From contig CM000207.1 of the NCBI GenBank assembly GCA_000002445.1, positions 448,001 through 512,000 on the forward strand: 64,000 bases of DNA. Direction: 5' to 3'. Position 1 is the first letter of the stretch. Every line of letters begins with the position of its first letter. The notes below the pieces were generated by a model, which saw nothing but the letters and a program-made list of their open reading frames with translations, made no database searches and was not told the DNA's origin. A program made the position numbers and the translations under genes. Shown here piece by piece: positions 41,276-52,286 of this stretch. Source of the DNA: Trypanosoma brucei. Taxonomy: Eukaryota.

Positions 41276-43615
41276 TCAATTGACAACTCCTGTGCATTCT
41301 TCAACGCTTGGCAATAGCGGCAAACCACAGGCAAGTGCCGCAGCCTCAAAGTCTGTTTCTCTCCATGGACTTTCAATTTGTCCACTCCGCACCGCCTCAG
41401 CTGCCCAATGACCCAGCAGAAAATACCTGTGCTGGAGCAGCTCCACCACAGTAGGCCGCTTTGCTGGCACGCGCGAGAGGCAGCGGCGCAGCATTCCGCG
41501 ACACTCTTCTGATAGTTGCTGGGGAAGTGGAACGTCGTGAAAGTTGTCCTCAACGTAGTTTTTGATGTTATTCATCCACATACGGCTCAGTTCAGCACCC
41601 GCCAATCGTTTGCGCGACTGACCTGTGTTCCCTGGATACAGATCCTCATACAGAGCACCGCGCGGCGTCGCAAGCTCAATAAATGTCATCGCAAACGCGT
41701 AGACGTCGCTGGCAGGCGTCAGTACTCCACTTCCCATGCTTTCAGGCGCAAGATGCGGCACACTACCCAGAAGGTGTGACACGTCTTCCTTTTCGCTCAA
41801 CAAAACTGATCGTATACGACCATAGTGACCCAACTTGACGAGAATTTTGCTCTTGCGATGGTACACATCAGCGGAGGAGTGGATACTGCCATCTCCCGTT
41901 CTTTGTTGACCACAAACAAGAACAGGTGTGGGGTGCCCTCTAGAACTGAGCAGACCCCTCGCTTCCACTTCTCCTCCACTCCTGATGTATGCTGTGGTAC
42001 TATTCTCTGCAATGCTACCACACTCGGCGAAGGACAGAGCATGTGGAAAGGCATGTGTACTGCTAACAGAACCATCTTTAGCAACCTTCCCCCCTTTAAA
42101 CAACCCGTTGGTGCCGAAATTAGTGCCTTCCACACTGGAATTGGAGGATGGAATAGAAACCACCTCACCGTCAATGTATGAGCAATCCTGGATGAGGTGC
42201 TTCACTTCATCGTCTACCCAATGACTGCAGCCGCTATCGCAGTCATCACACTCTGTTCGAGCACGATTTGCCACAATGCTGACAGCCCTTTCCCCCCGCC
42301 GTAGTATTGGATCCGTTCGCTGGCTCCCATACGGCTCATTTTTTGCACCACCGACAGACCTGTGGTGGACTGTGGGCGTCCTCTGCCTGAAGCTACGGCC
42401 AGTCGCCCTCTCCGCAGCGTTTCGTCCTTCGCAGTGCCCGGCACTTCCTTCTGCACGCGATGCGCTAGGTTCGGTGCCAGTGAGGAAGTGGGTGGCATCG
42501 GTAGTGGTGCTTATCAGCGCACGGGAAACTGCGCGTGATGACGCCTTATCGAGACGCCCAGCGGGAATGTCAGAAATGTATGCCGGGTACGCAGTACCGT
42601 ACACGCGGCTAATCGGGTTACTAATGAATATATTCTTGGCACATAGGTCACCGTGAGGTATGTCTGCTTCATGAAGGACAGCCAATGCAAGGAGCACCTC
42701 ACGCATATATGCTCGCACCGTGAGTTCATGCATATAGGCTTTACCAAATTTATCTGGAACCTCTTTCAGTAGAACATCACGAAGCGTCCCGTACTTCGCG
42801 TACTCCATGTAAACACGTAGCTTAGCATTCTTTTGAGGCAGATCGACGCTAAGTGCAGGGTTTTTCAACAAAACAAGAGGATCAGCACAAAAAGGCAACG
42901 TCCTTGATGCCGCTTCAGCGCAACTAGTAGATACACCACCGCTTCCGTTATCCGAGTTATCTGGTACTCGCTCAACCAAAAACACCTTCAGCAACCGGTT
43001 GTTGGATTTCAAGTGACAGAGGTGTTCTGCTTCCTTTACCAGCTGCTCAGAAGTGGCCCAACTGAGATTTTTCATGGAATACTCTTTGCATGCAATAAGA
43101 TATTTCATGTGATGATCACTCCCTTCATCAGTACGGTCCCCCTTTTCTCCCGCACCCTTCCACAAACTTCTGGGCACCGTACACACCGTCATATCTGCGA
43201 GTGTTACATCGCTAAACATGCCCCGTCCTACCCGCCGTTCCAAAGCCCTCATGTGATACATTGTTAGCCTATTTGGCTCTCTTACCACCGCAACGGTCAA
43301 CTCACTTGTTTTCCTCATTAACCCATTACCATTTTGTATTCCCTTTTCATCCCCAGCTCTCGGATGGATCGAGCTGCGATGCTTCTCAATACGGGCTGGT
43401 TCATCAATCGGGGCGCTGTAGCGTCGGCAGCCTTCTTCCAGTTGCTTGTTGTACCACTCACACAAGGAAGAGGAAGGAGAGTAAGGAAGCACAACACTGT
43501 CATCCTCTTCTTCCTCTAATCGCCTCACACCCTTATGCGCCCCGCTCCTCCTGCAGCAAACCCCAACAGCCCACCCTCCATCATGGCTCTTCGTGGTGGA
43601 AGTGTTGCACCCCAT
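41276..43615 (-). CDS. Atypical protein kinase (780 aa) with an N-terminal dual-acylation signal MGC
   Basis: The track start is a GTG (43867), and its extension contains a translated (TA)n microsatellite (YIYIYIYI). ATG verified at 43615-43613 (MGCNTSTTKSHDG). Kinase motifs IACKEY (VAIK), YMEYAKYGTLRD, HGDLCAKNIFI (HGD not HRD), ~280-aa insert before KLGHYG (in the DFG position), HLAPESM (APE), DVYAFAMTFIELAT. Confidence 0.7.
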   Translation of the reverse strand: MGCNTSTTKSHDGGWAVGVCCRRSGAHKGVRRLEEEEDDSVVLPYSPSSSLCEWYNKQLEEGCRRYSAPIDEPARIEKHRSSIHPRAGDEKGIQNGNGLMRKTSELTVAVVREPNRLTMYHMRALERRVGRGMFSDVTLADMTVCTVPRSLWKGAGEKGDRTDEGSDHHMKYLIACKEYSMKNLSWATSEQLVKEAEHLCHLKSNNRLLKVFLVERVPDNSDNGSGGVSTSCAEAASRTLPFCADPLVLLKNPALSVDLPQKNAKLRVYMEYAKYGTLRDVLLKEVPDKFGKAYMHELTVRAYMREVLLALAVLHEADIPHGDLCAKNIFISNPISRVYGTAYPAYISDIPAGRLDKASSRAVSRALISTTTDATHFLTGTEPSASRAEGSAGHCEGRNAAERATGRSFRQRTPTVHHRSVGGAKNEPYGSQRTDPILRRGERAVSIVANRARTECDDCDSGCSHWVDDEVKHLIQDCSYIDGEVVSIPSSNSSVEGTNFGTNGLFKGGKVAKDGSVSSTHAFPHALSFAECGSIAENSTTAYIRSGGEVEARGLLSSRGHPTPVLVCGQQRTGDGSIHSSADVYHRKSKILVKLGHYGRIRSVLLSEKEDVSHLLGSVPHLAPESMGSGVLTPASDVYAFAMTFIELATPRGALYEDLYPGNTGQSRKRLAGAELSRMWMNNIKNYVEDNFHDVPLPQQLSEECRGMLRRCLSRVPAKRPTVVELLQHRYFLLGHWAAEAVRSGQIESPWRETDFEAAALACGLPLLPSVEECTGVVN

Positions 43616-43637
43616 CACGATCAACCTACCTTCTCTA

Positions 43638-43640
<3 letters not shown>

Positions 43641-43675
<35 letters not shown>

Positions 43676-43690
43676 CGTGTGCGTGTTTAT
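43641..43690. repeat. (AT)15 followed by (GT/GC)n, 26 nt upstream of the kinase ATG
   Basis: Direct read. Lies in the presumptive 5' UTR / splice-acceptor region of the 41276-43615 kinase. Confidence 0.9.
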
Positions 43691-44565
43691 ATTTATGTAA
43701 AAACCTTTTTTTTCCTGGTACCTTCGTGGGGCCGCAGAGTGGTCACAGAACAATCCGCTCCCTTCTGCCCACTCGCGTATGGTTGAAAGGGGTTCACGGT
43801 TACTGCCTCGCGGTATTCCTTCCGCGCCGGGGAATTTTTTTTTTCTGTTGGGTAAGTTCCCAACCACGACTTTAATAGTTTACCTCACGTGGCCCCTTCT
43901 GCGACTCCGAAGTTACTTTTAATTGGGCAACCAGGTACGAGGCAAGAGATTAAATCAAGAAAAGAGTGGAAATGGTAAGAAAATTACGTAAATGAGCGGA
44001 GACTGGTAATATTTTTAAGCACCATCGAGCCCAGGGCCAAAACGAATAAAACCGTAACTGAGGTGAAGAAGAAAATCCAGCAAATATTTGGATGAATGAG
44101 AACTTTCTTTGTCCTCTCCTCCACTGCCCCAAGCGTCCTGCCCGTACAAATTACATGTCGAGATGCACACCGGACAAACAGGGTATAAAAGAATGGAAAT
44201 TAAAGCATTCAGGTATGTGAAAATAAAATAATGAAAAGTAAAAAGGTGAGAAATACTCTAACAGTGCAAAGGAGCTTCCACCACAAAGAAGTCTGTAAAT
44301 GCATCTGAATGCCTAAATGATGCAAGGAAAGCAACGTAAGTAAATGTTAATAATAATAATAAACAAGGAAACGAATTTCACACACAAAAAAAAATAACAG
44401 AAAATCAATAGAACAAATGACACGACTAGTGGTGACGTGCGATAGTCAGTGCTTTAGCCAAGAAAGGGATAAGTGTGACCACGAATGCAACCGTGTCGCA
44501 TCATATCTCGCCCTCACTTCATGTACCACATTTTCTATGTTAAGTGTTGCTACAAGCTACTGCAT

Positions 44566-45717
44566 TTATCGCTCCCTCACGTCTTCCTCTTGTTGGATAG
44601 AACTTAACACAAGTGACAGCAAGCATTCTTGCTGACCTGCTGCCGTGTCATCGTCGCCGGGCCCTTCAGATGCAGTAGCTGCACCGGTTCCATCACATGA
44701 AGCGTTCCGCAACACTGTAAGTGCTTTAGTCCTCATGTTGCACCAATGCGCTTCGTTTTGTTCTCGCTGCTGGCGCCGGTTTACAAGCACATTGCTCGTG
44801 ACGCGGGCTTTCTCGCGCATCGCCTCGCAGATTACATGCGAGTACCACTTATAGATACTCCGGGTGCTGTTATGATTAAGTGAGATGTTATCGAACTTCC
44901 ATTCTTTTGCAAGACATTGTAAGGCAGCTGGAGTGTCAAGCGTCTGTAGGAGCGACAACGATTGAACCGCGGCAGCAAACCCAGCCCCCGACTCTTCTCT
45001 CCTTTCGACCGCGCGACTAACAAGGTACTGCACAACTTCAGAAAAATCTCTCGACGTAAAAGGTAAAGGAGATCCAAGAGGTGCTTGCACATTCAACCGT
45101 TCTGTACCGTTCCCTGTACAATTTATAAATTCCCTTGCAACCCTAACGGTAAGAGAGAGAGCTTCTCCCAGTCGCCGCTTCCGCTTCAGTTGAATTCCAT
45201 GTTTCGCGATAACAGGCAATGTTTCAACAAGTCTTTCCGCATGCACTACCGCTGCTGCACGCTCAAGGCGGGACCTGAGCTCAGACAGCTTTGTGGTGAC
45301 TCGATAGTAAAACCCGTCGACGACATGAGGATTGAACCACGAATTAATGACATACTGTTTCCATAACGACGCCAGCAGTAGCTTCCGTGCCATAAACTGT
45401 GATTCCCGTAACCGATACGCCGACATGGCTTGCATTCGCTCTGCTTCATGTCTGTAATATGAAGGAGCAGATGCCTCAGGGTTGGCGGCAACGGATAAAG
45501 GTAAGGGGAGATGATACACGGTAGGTGCGGTATCAGTGCCTTTGCGTCCAGCAAGTGGCACCTCCTCACGGTGCAGTTGTGTTAATAAGTGGTGCTGTGA
45601 CGCAGCTGTAGAACGGCGCAACTGACGGTATTGGGTGTGCATAATCGTGGCCGCCTCCTCAAGCCGCAGCAACGCGCCCTTTATAGAATCATCAATGCCC
45701 CGACTGCCATGGTTCAT
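44566..45717 (-). CDS. Hypothetical protein (383 aa)
   Basis: ATG verified at 45717-45715. Long ORF on the gene strand with no recognised motif. Confidence 0.45.
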   Translation of the reverse strand: MNHGSRGIDDSIKGALLRLEEAATIMHTQYRQLRRSTAASQHHLLTQLHREEVPLAGRKGTDTAPTVYHLPLPLSVAANPEASAPSYYRHEAERMQAMSAYRLRESQFMARKLLLASLWKQYVINSWFNPHVVDGFYYRVTTKLSELRSRLERAAAVVHAERLVETLPVIAKHGIQLKRKRRLGEALSLTVRVAREFINCTGNGTERLNVQAPLGSPLPFTSRDFSEVVQYLVSRAVERREESGAGFAAAVQSLSLLQTLDTPAALQCLAKEWKFDNISLNHNSTRSIYKWYSHVICEAMREKARVTSNVLVNRRQQREQNEAHWCNMRTKALTVLRNASCDGTGAATASEGPGDDDTAAGQQECLLSLVLSSIQQEEDVRER

Positions 45718-46732
45718 GTGCCACCACTCACCACTTTCTTTTTTCCTTACCTTCCAGAGTTACGCCGCACACCCGCACACAGGGAACGGTACGTGAAATT
45801 TTTCTTTAGTACGGTTGTGAAGCCTGCTCTTTTTCCTCACACCCTTGTAAAGTGAAAGGCGTGAGGAGTGATGCAATTTAAAACTCTCTAACCTCAGAGA
45901 CTCAACCTGCACACGGTGTTCCTGGTGGAGAAATTGCTATTTATCTACATATATATATGTATATATTGTGAGTAAACAGGTTCGATATGGTAGAGATATG
46001 GCGTATTTAAAGGGGGGAAATACAAGAAAACAGCAGCTTCCACCAAGGGAGGGAAATGATAATCAATTTCTTTCAGTAAAAGTCGGTCAGTTCATCAGGA
46101 TTTGAGGAACCTCATCGAGTAAGGGGGACAACAAACCTTCCCGGTAACCTTTTTTCTTAATTTTTTTCTCTTGGCTTGTTAAATGGAGTCGCTACGCTCG
46201 TTCAGGAAGAAAATAACATGACAACGATCATTAAGTGTTTAAGAAAAAATAGTAACGGTACAGCGTACGCGAAACACTAAATATTTATGCACTCATCCAA
46301 AAACCGTGAAGGGTCGAAGACCAAGGTCAAGGGGCACCAGACCTCAGTTAAAAAAAAGAGGAGTACAGTAAGGTCCAAAAATGAATGCTGATACATGCAG
46401 CTCGCCTCCTCACAAACACATGCGGCGGGTGCCAAAACGAAAAGGATAAAATAAGCACATCAGATGTATCCATAAAATGGAATGCGTATGCATGGTGTGT
46501 ATTTGTCTGTTTGCTTACGATTTTACTTGTCGAAGCCAGATATATTCACTTGTGTATGTGCGTGCAAAGGAATGGGGTAAATGCTGTGCATACAGCCATA
46601 ATGTCCCTCTTTACTCCTCTCCACACTAAACGTAAACGGCTACTGAGCCGTATCCGCCATTTGCCACACCACCTGTGATCATCACTCCGCACACGCGGCA
46701 TGTGATACACATGATGTTAATTCATTTGCATT

Positions 46733-47932
46733 TCATTCCCTACGTACGGGACTCCTTCGCTCCTCTACGTCCTTCCCCACATGTGCGGCGTCATTCCATC
46801 CAGCCGTCTCCAGAGCACCTACAGGAGCGACTGCCGCTTCCCCGGATGCCGGTGATGGGGGGACACCCCCGTGGGTATCGGCAGCACCAGCGCTCACCGA
46901 TGGTCTTCGCCCCCTGCACTTATAGACCACCACCTGTGCTATAACGATTAAGTCTGTAGTTAGTTGGATGCCGCTACACACGAGGAACGGAACAGGTTGT
47001 TCGTACACAATAAAGTAAACCAGTTTGATAATGTCCCCAACGACCCACGTAACCAGGAGAATTAAGGAAAGGCCTTCCGTACACTTGCGGCGATGATTGC
47101 GCAGGATTTGCGGCACCAGCAGCATCGCTTCAAAAATAAGTGCTGTGTACCCAACAACCTGTGGCGCATCCTTCCACGCAGGAATCATGATCAGATAGTA
47201 CAACAGTGTGGTCATAAACATCCCAAGACCCATCATGACACAACGACGTGTGAAGGCACTGGGTGTGTGGGACAGAACACTTTCCTCCAAGCGAACGATA
47301 TGATGGTCCAACCAGTGCAACGGTCCCTGCAAGAATGGAACCCGATCTGCTACAGTAGCGTAGCTGGAGGAATCATCCGGGGAAATCTGTGGTGGTTGCA
47401 ACTCACTTTGGTCAATACAGATCGTCTCATCAACTGTTTTGCCCACGTGTGACCCATTTTCCACAGATCCTACTGGTGCGTCGATACCAATCACAGAACA
47501 CTGACGAATGCATAACAGACGAACAAGCAGCACCATGTGCACGGCCACTGCAACGGCAGACTGGAAGAGCAGCGGAAGCGCATAAGGATTACCCATAAAA
47601 TATAAAATTCTGATATCATTGCTGACAAGCAATATGACAGAAACTAGTGGAGAGTACCCATCTATTATTCCCGTTTTGTTCATTTCGTATAACTGAACGA
47701 GGTAACCAATGTGTGGCCCAAAAATCATTCCAATGGAAAATAGCAGCGACACCAGTTCCTTCGATGAGACCGTATTTGTTGTGTTCTCATCCGCTTTTGG
47801 AGTACTTGTGGAGGTGGGGGAGGGGCCTCCGTCCAGGGAAGCATAGGCGTGAAGCGCTAATAGTAAGATGAGTGCCGATGCGAGGCGAAGGAAGGAGCGA
47901 AAACGTTCAGAAAACGTTGGTGTTGTTTCCAT
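46733..47932 (-). CDS. PQ-loop repeat family membrane protein (7-TM, cystinosin/MPDU1-like)
   Basis: The track start is a TTG (47980). ATG verified at 47932-47930 (METTPTFSERFRSF). Two PQ-loop-like repeats: GPHIGYLVQLYEMNKTGIIDGYSPLVSVILL and LLVPQILRNHRRKCTEGLSLILLVTWVVGD. Multiple hydrophobic helices. Confidence 0.65.
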   Translation of the reverse strand: METTPTFSERFRSFLRLASALILLLALHAYASLDGGPSPTSTSTPKADENTTNTVSSKELVSLLFSIGMIFGPHIGYLVQLYEMNKTGIIDGYSPLVSVILLVSNDIRILYFMGNPYALPLLFQSAVAVAVHMVLLVRLLCIRQCSVIGIDAPVGSVENGSHVGKTVDETICIDQSELQPPQISPDDSSSYATVADRVPFLQGPLHWLDHHIVRLEESVLSHTPSAFTRRCVMMGLGMFMTTLLYYLIMIPAWKDAPQVVGYTALIFEAMLLVPQILRNHRRKCTEGLSLILLVTWVVGDIIKLVYFIVYEQPVPFLVCSGIQLTTDLIVIAQVVVYKCRGRRPSVSAGAADTHGGVPPSPASGEAAVAPVGALETAGWNDAAHVGKDVEERRSPVRRE

Positions 47933-48399
47933 GGAAGCTACTCCCCTTCTCGATAGACGCCTTATCTTTTGTTTGAACAAGTGTACACACGCCCCTATAT
48001 ACCAAGCGTTATTACGGCGCTATATCACCACCAAGCCAATTAGTAATCGTCTTCCTGCTACAGCTTCTAGGGTCCTCACTAAGGTATGAAGAGGAGATGG
48101 TTGCGACGTGTAGGGAAGGGAATAAACACATAATTAGTCACAGTTTAGTTGCTTAGTTGGTTTAAAGCTCGCACCATATTCCCTACCAACCCCTACGCCT
48201 GGTTTGTAGAAGTAAATAGTGAGGAGCAAAATCTACCAACCCTAAAATTGTTGAGCATGCAATGGCGAAAGTCGTACCATGCCTTATTTTATTTGTCGTT
48301 TCGTCTCTGTAAAAGATGCCACTGCGGGGGTCACCGCCGAGTTCTCGATTTCGGTGTGGTATCGCCCCCCCCCAACGCGTTCGATAAACCAAAGCCCCC

Positions 48400-50589
48400 T
48401 CAGTGCAGAGCAGCCGCAGACCTCCCCTTATTTCCTCCAGTTGACTCTGCTACAGAAACCAATTCTAACGAATGCACAACCTTCTTTCCGAGGGGTATGA
48501 GACGCTCAATCGTCTCAGCAACAGCGGCACGTGACTTTGATGTTTTCACTGCTCCTAACACGCCCGGTTCCCCGCATCCCCTTGCTTTATCACAGTCTGC
48601 ACGCTGGTCGCCAACGCTCGCACTAACATTACCAACAGTGGCACTGGCGCGACCCATAGACTCCAGAAGGGTTTGTAAGCGTTCCACGCACTCATACATG
48701 CGGAGTTCCACAGTAGAGCGAGCACCCTCTTTCGTTCGCAGCACGCCCCACAGCACGGCGTACACCTGAGCGATTATGCCGCACTGCTGAAACAACAACA
48801 TATGCTCGACAGAAGTTTGGGAAACGAAAAAAGAAGAAATGTCCTCGCGGTGCTTGCGTTCCATGCCGGCAAGAGCTGACGCGCTATCGATCAACAAGGC
48901 GTGAAGAACCGCCAAGGTATTAGGTGAAGACACTGCCGTGTCCTCCTCGGAAAGATTTGAGAGTAGCTGAACTGAACGGATAAGTAGTTCAAAATCCTCC
49001 CTATCGTACAGAAGCACATCTGTGCCCTCGCGTTCCATCTTCCGCTTGTGTGAAACGTGAATTTGGTGTATAGCGGACAAAGCGATGCCACTTACTGCCC
49101 CGGTTGAGAGCATTTCGATTACCCTCATTGCCGCCTCTGTGGGAATAACGGCGGACACCCCATCGCCTTTCCTGTCAACATCTGAGCCAGTGCGCATGTC
49201 ACAGTGCACGTCTGTAATTGCGGCTGCGTTAGCCAACTCTCGCTCACTTAAGTCTTTCCGGGTGGATGTTAGTGCGGCAAAGGCAGTCACAGCATTTGCA
49301 AGCAAGTCTTGCTGTAGCTGTTTTTCCTCCAGAAGTCCCGCCGCTCCCAAACCCGTCAGGCTGATACCCACCAATCTCACTACCTCCACTATACTTCGCA
49401 CGCAATCCTTGCCACCATTTGCAGCACTCGCATCGGATTTTGAAATCTGGTGCAACACCTCGTACACCATCGGTAGGTTGCTACCGCAGGTTGTCAGATT
49501 CTTCAGAGACATCCATGCCTTTTGCAAGGGTGGCAAGTAGGACAACACCGCAGACCGTTGGGAGCGCGAAGCTGTGGGGAAGTGCAAACAACCACCACTC
49601 TGCTCCGCAGAAGTATCACAAATGGCGCTACTGTCGTGCGACTCCCTGTTCCTTTCTTCGCCGTATCTGTTGTCATTACACAAGTCAATTTTATCAGGCC
49701 GCGTACCAAGCAGAATCAGTCTCGACAGCCAAAACAAATAGTACACCACTGCCTTAACGGTCATGTAATCCGCCTCCTCGTATCGGTAGCTCACTCCCGT
49801 GGCATTATCCCCAGCAGAACTAATAAGCAACCGAGCAACCGCCCCCAGTGCCGCATCTAGTGTCGTTCGCTGCTCAGTACTGAGCAGGCACTCCGTCACT
49901 CCATTCTTCACTGCATCGTAGCGGTTCATCCCATATACTTCCTCCATGATGGCAAGCAAAGTGGTACTGAGAATGGATTCACCACCTGCTAAAACCGCCC
50001 GACGTGCGCCGTCACGCGAAAGGCAAACAAGGTTTAGTACAGCAAGTGCAGCCCACGCCCGTCCCCGTGGACTGAGGTAGCGGTATTTTGTAAGCGTACC
50101 TAGCGCCAATTCTACAGCCCCCTGTTCAACTAGTGAGTCTGACGTGTCGGCATCACCGCGGCTCTCATCTCCTTGGGATGAACAATACGAAGCACCGCTC
50201 GCCAGTTGGCACATATTGGCAACACAACGACAACATCCCTCACAGATGGTCGCATCATCCAAGTGTGATTGCATCAAGTGCAGCACTAAATGTGGTGCTC
50301 CGTTACCCGAACCACCACTGACTCCATCTTGCTCGGTGTAGATACCGCTCTTGGTCGCGTTAAATGACGCAATCGATGCCGTAACATCATCCGTCACGTC
50401 CAAGTCTAGCAACCGCTGGAGTGCAGCGCGGGTTAGCGTTGCGTCGCCGGACTCGTGGTGCTCCGCCAGAACTTGGAGTGTTTGGGCTAATGTGGCCCTC
50501 GGATGTTGAAGTATACGTCCACCTGTGTCCATGAACAGTTCTCTGCTCTCTGCTAAGCTAATCCATCGCATGAAGGAGCGCCGTAACAT
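48400..50589 (-). CDS. Hypothetical protein (~729 aa), probably alpha-helical repeat-rich; start uncertain
   Basis: The track start is a GTG (50886). In-frame ATGs are at 50871 and 50589. The segment between them translates a pyrimidine-rich tract (LWHVLFFNSFSVIAFFCVPSTP), so 50589 (MLRRSFMRWISLAESRELFMD) is preferred. No motif recognised. Confidence 0.4.
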   Translation of the reverse strand: MLRRSFMRWISLAESRELFMDTGGRILQHPRATLAQTLQVLAEHHESGDATLTRAALQRLLDLDVTDDVTASIASFNATKSGIYTEQDGVSGGSGNGAPHLVLHLMQSHLDDATICEGCCRCVANMCQLASGASYCSSQGDESRGDADTSDSLVEQGAVELALGTLTKYRYLSPRGRAWAALAVLNLVCLSRDGARRAVLAGGESILSTTLLAIMEEVYGMNRYDAVKNGVTECLLSTEQRTTLDAALGAVARLLISSAGDNATGVSYRYEEADYMTVKAVVYYLFWLSRLILLGTRPDKIDLCNDNRYGEERNRESHDSSAICDTSAEQSGGCLHFPTASRSQRSAVLSYLPPLQKAWMSLKNLTTCGSNLPMVYEVLHQISKSDASAANGGKDCVRSIVEVVRLVGISLTGLGAAGLLEEKQLQQDLLANAVTAFAALTSTRKDLSERELANAAAITDVHCDMRTGSDVDRKGDGVSAVIPTEAAMRVIEMLSTGAVSGIALSAIHQIHVSHKRKMEREGTDVLLYDREDFELLIRSVQLLSNLSEEDTAVSSPNTLAVLHALLIDSASALAGMERKHREDISSFFVSQTSVEHMLLFQQCGIIAQVYAVLWGVLRTKEGARSTVELRMYECVERLQTLLESMGRASATVGNVSASVGDQRADCDKARGCGEPGVLGAVKTSKSRAAVAETIERLIPLGKKVVHSLELVSVAESTGGNKGRSAAALH

Positions 50590-50949
50590 AACTGTAGCAC
50601 TGATAACCTTCAACTTACAATATTTCAAGGTGTCCTGTGGCACCACCGTGAGGATGTTCTTTCCTTTTTTCCTCTTGCAAAGATGGCAGCAAATGCCTAA
50701 ACAAAATGTCTGGTCAGGTGTTGAAGGGACACAGAAGAATGCGATGACAGAAAAAGAATTGAAGAAGAGAACGTGCCAAAGGGGGTAATAAAGTTGAATA
50801 TGAAGTATCAAAGAACACAAATTCAGAAACCGGGGCAATGCAGAATCCCCTGCACCTCGGCACGCAGCCATCCGTGGGGTCACCACCGCTAACTCCCAGC
50901 GGCCATAACACCAACCTTTCGAGCCTGACCACTCCCAGCCTCCCAGTAC

Positions 50950-51249
50950 TCAACGCTTACCGCCTTTCTTCGTGCCACTGAGTGAACCCTTTCGTGCATT
51001 TTCCTTTGCGCCTGCAGCCTTACCGAATTTTCCACTGCTGTTGTACCCCCCAGGGCGGAACTTCCGTTTGGTTACGCCCCCTTTCTTCGTGATGACGTTG
51101 CGATACGAGAGTTTACGAGGAGTCGAGCGGCTCTCTTTAATTTTCATACTGCGAATTTGATTGTATGTTTTACTCTTCCGCTTCTTAGGAATAAACGGTT
51201 TACCACGTTCCTTTGCTGTCCGGCGGAGTTGGTTGTTGCTGCGTCCCAT
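50950..51249 (-). CDS. Small highly basic K/R-rich protein (100 aa), likely nucleolar or ribosome-associated
   Basis: The track ORF extends upstream through a translated polyY tract. ATG verified at 51249-51247 (MGRSNNQLRRTAKERGKPFIPKKRKSKTYNQ...KKGGKR). Confidence 0.4.
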   Translation of the reverse strand: MGRSNNQLRRTAKERGKPFIPKKRKSKTYNQIRSMKIKESRSTPRKLSYRNVITKKGGVTKRKFRPGGYNSSGKFGKAAGAKENARKGSLSGTKKGGKR

Positions 51250-51869
51250 TGGCGCAAGCTCTCCGCCGTAAGTGGCACTTTGGGTAAAGGGAATACTTTC
51301 AGCGAAAAAAAAAACAAAAAGAAAAGGCATGTGGAGGGGTGAGAGGAGGAAAAAATATTGCCATGGGCGTGTGCATAAACATATCGCATGTTTTTTTTTT
51401 TTTGGGGAGGGGGGGAAATAAGACAAAATAAATTCCACCTCCTGGTCGAAAAACAAAAGAGGTTACATGGGACTGCGCGCTAACGCAACAGCGGAGAAGG
51501 AAAAAAAAAACACTAGTAAGACAGTCAACAGAAACCGTCAACAATCATAAGCAAAGCAAAATGAAAGCTGCAATAGGTTGAAAAGGGAGGCACGTTTGTA
51601 AACAGCTTCCTTCTCCACCGAAGAATGAGTTCAAATACGTCATACATAAGAGAGTAAGTAAAACTGCGTTAAATTCAAGAGCTTAAAAAAAAAAAAAAAA
51701 CATCTCCTCAAGAGGTACAGGAAGATATGTAAGGAGAAGAATTATGAAGCAGCGGAAACGAAGCGGTTTTGAGCACGTTTCCGGGCCGTATAATTACTCG
51801 CTGACCTTTATTGTTAGTACGGAAGGGAACAAAGAAGGAAGTAGAAACGCTGCTCGTAATGTCCTATTT

Positions 51870-52286
51870 TTATTCTACCGTATGCAAGGGAAGATCGTCC
51901 AACGGAAAGGGTTTACAGGAGATGAATTTCATTCCACTCAAAGCACCTGCGTCCGTTTCGCTGTCGTCTTCTTCCATGTATTCGGACAGTTCAATTTCCT
52001 CAACATCTCCATCATATTCTCCCCTAGAGCCTCTTTTCCCCATGCGACGCTTTTTCTCCAGTGTCTCTGGATAACACGCTTCATCACTAGAAAATCTTCT
52101 CACGATCCGCTCACTGTATGACCTAATTGAAGCGGCTGCTGCCCAGAACGAGGGGTAAAGGCGGCGGGCGACGCGTCGTAGCACACCAGTAGGAATCCAA
52201 TCCAGTTTCACATCGAAATACTGCGTGGCAAATGTCCTGGTAGAGTTGTGGGAACAAAACTCCACCTGTACATTATTTAAGGGCAT
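51870..52286 (-). CDS. Hypothetical protein (138 aa) with an acidic C-terminal stretch
   Basis: The track start is a GTG (52364). The first in-frame ATG is at 52286-52284 (MPLNNVQVEF). Confidence 0.3.
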   Translation of the reverse strand: MPLNNVQVEFCSHNSTRTFATQYFDVKLDWIPTGVLRRVARRLYPSFWAAAASIRSYSERIVRRFSSDEACYPETLEKKRRMGKRGSRGEYDGDVEEIELSEYMEEDDSETDAGALSGMKFISCKPFPLDDLPLHTVE

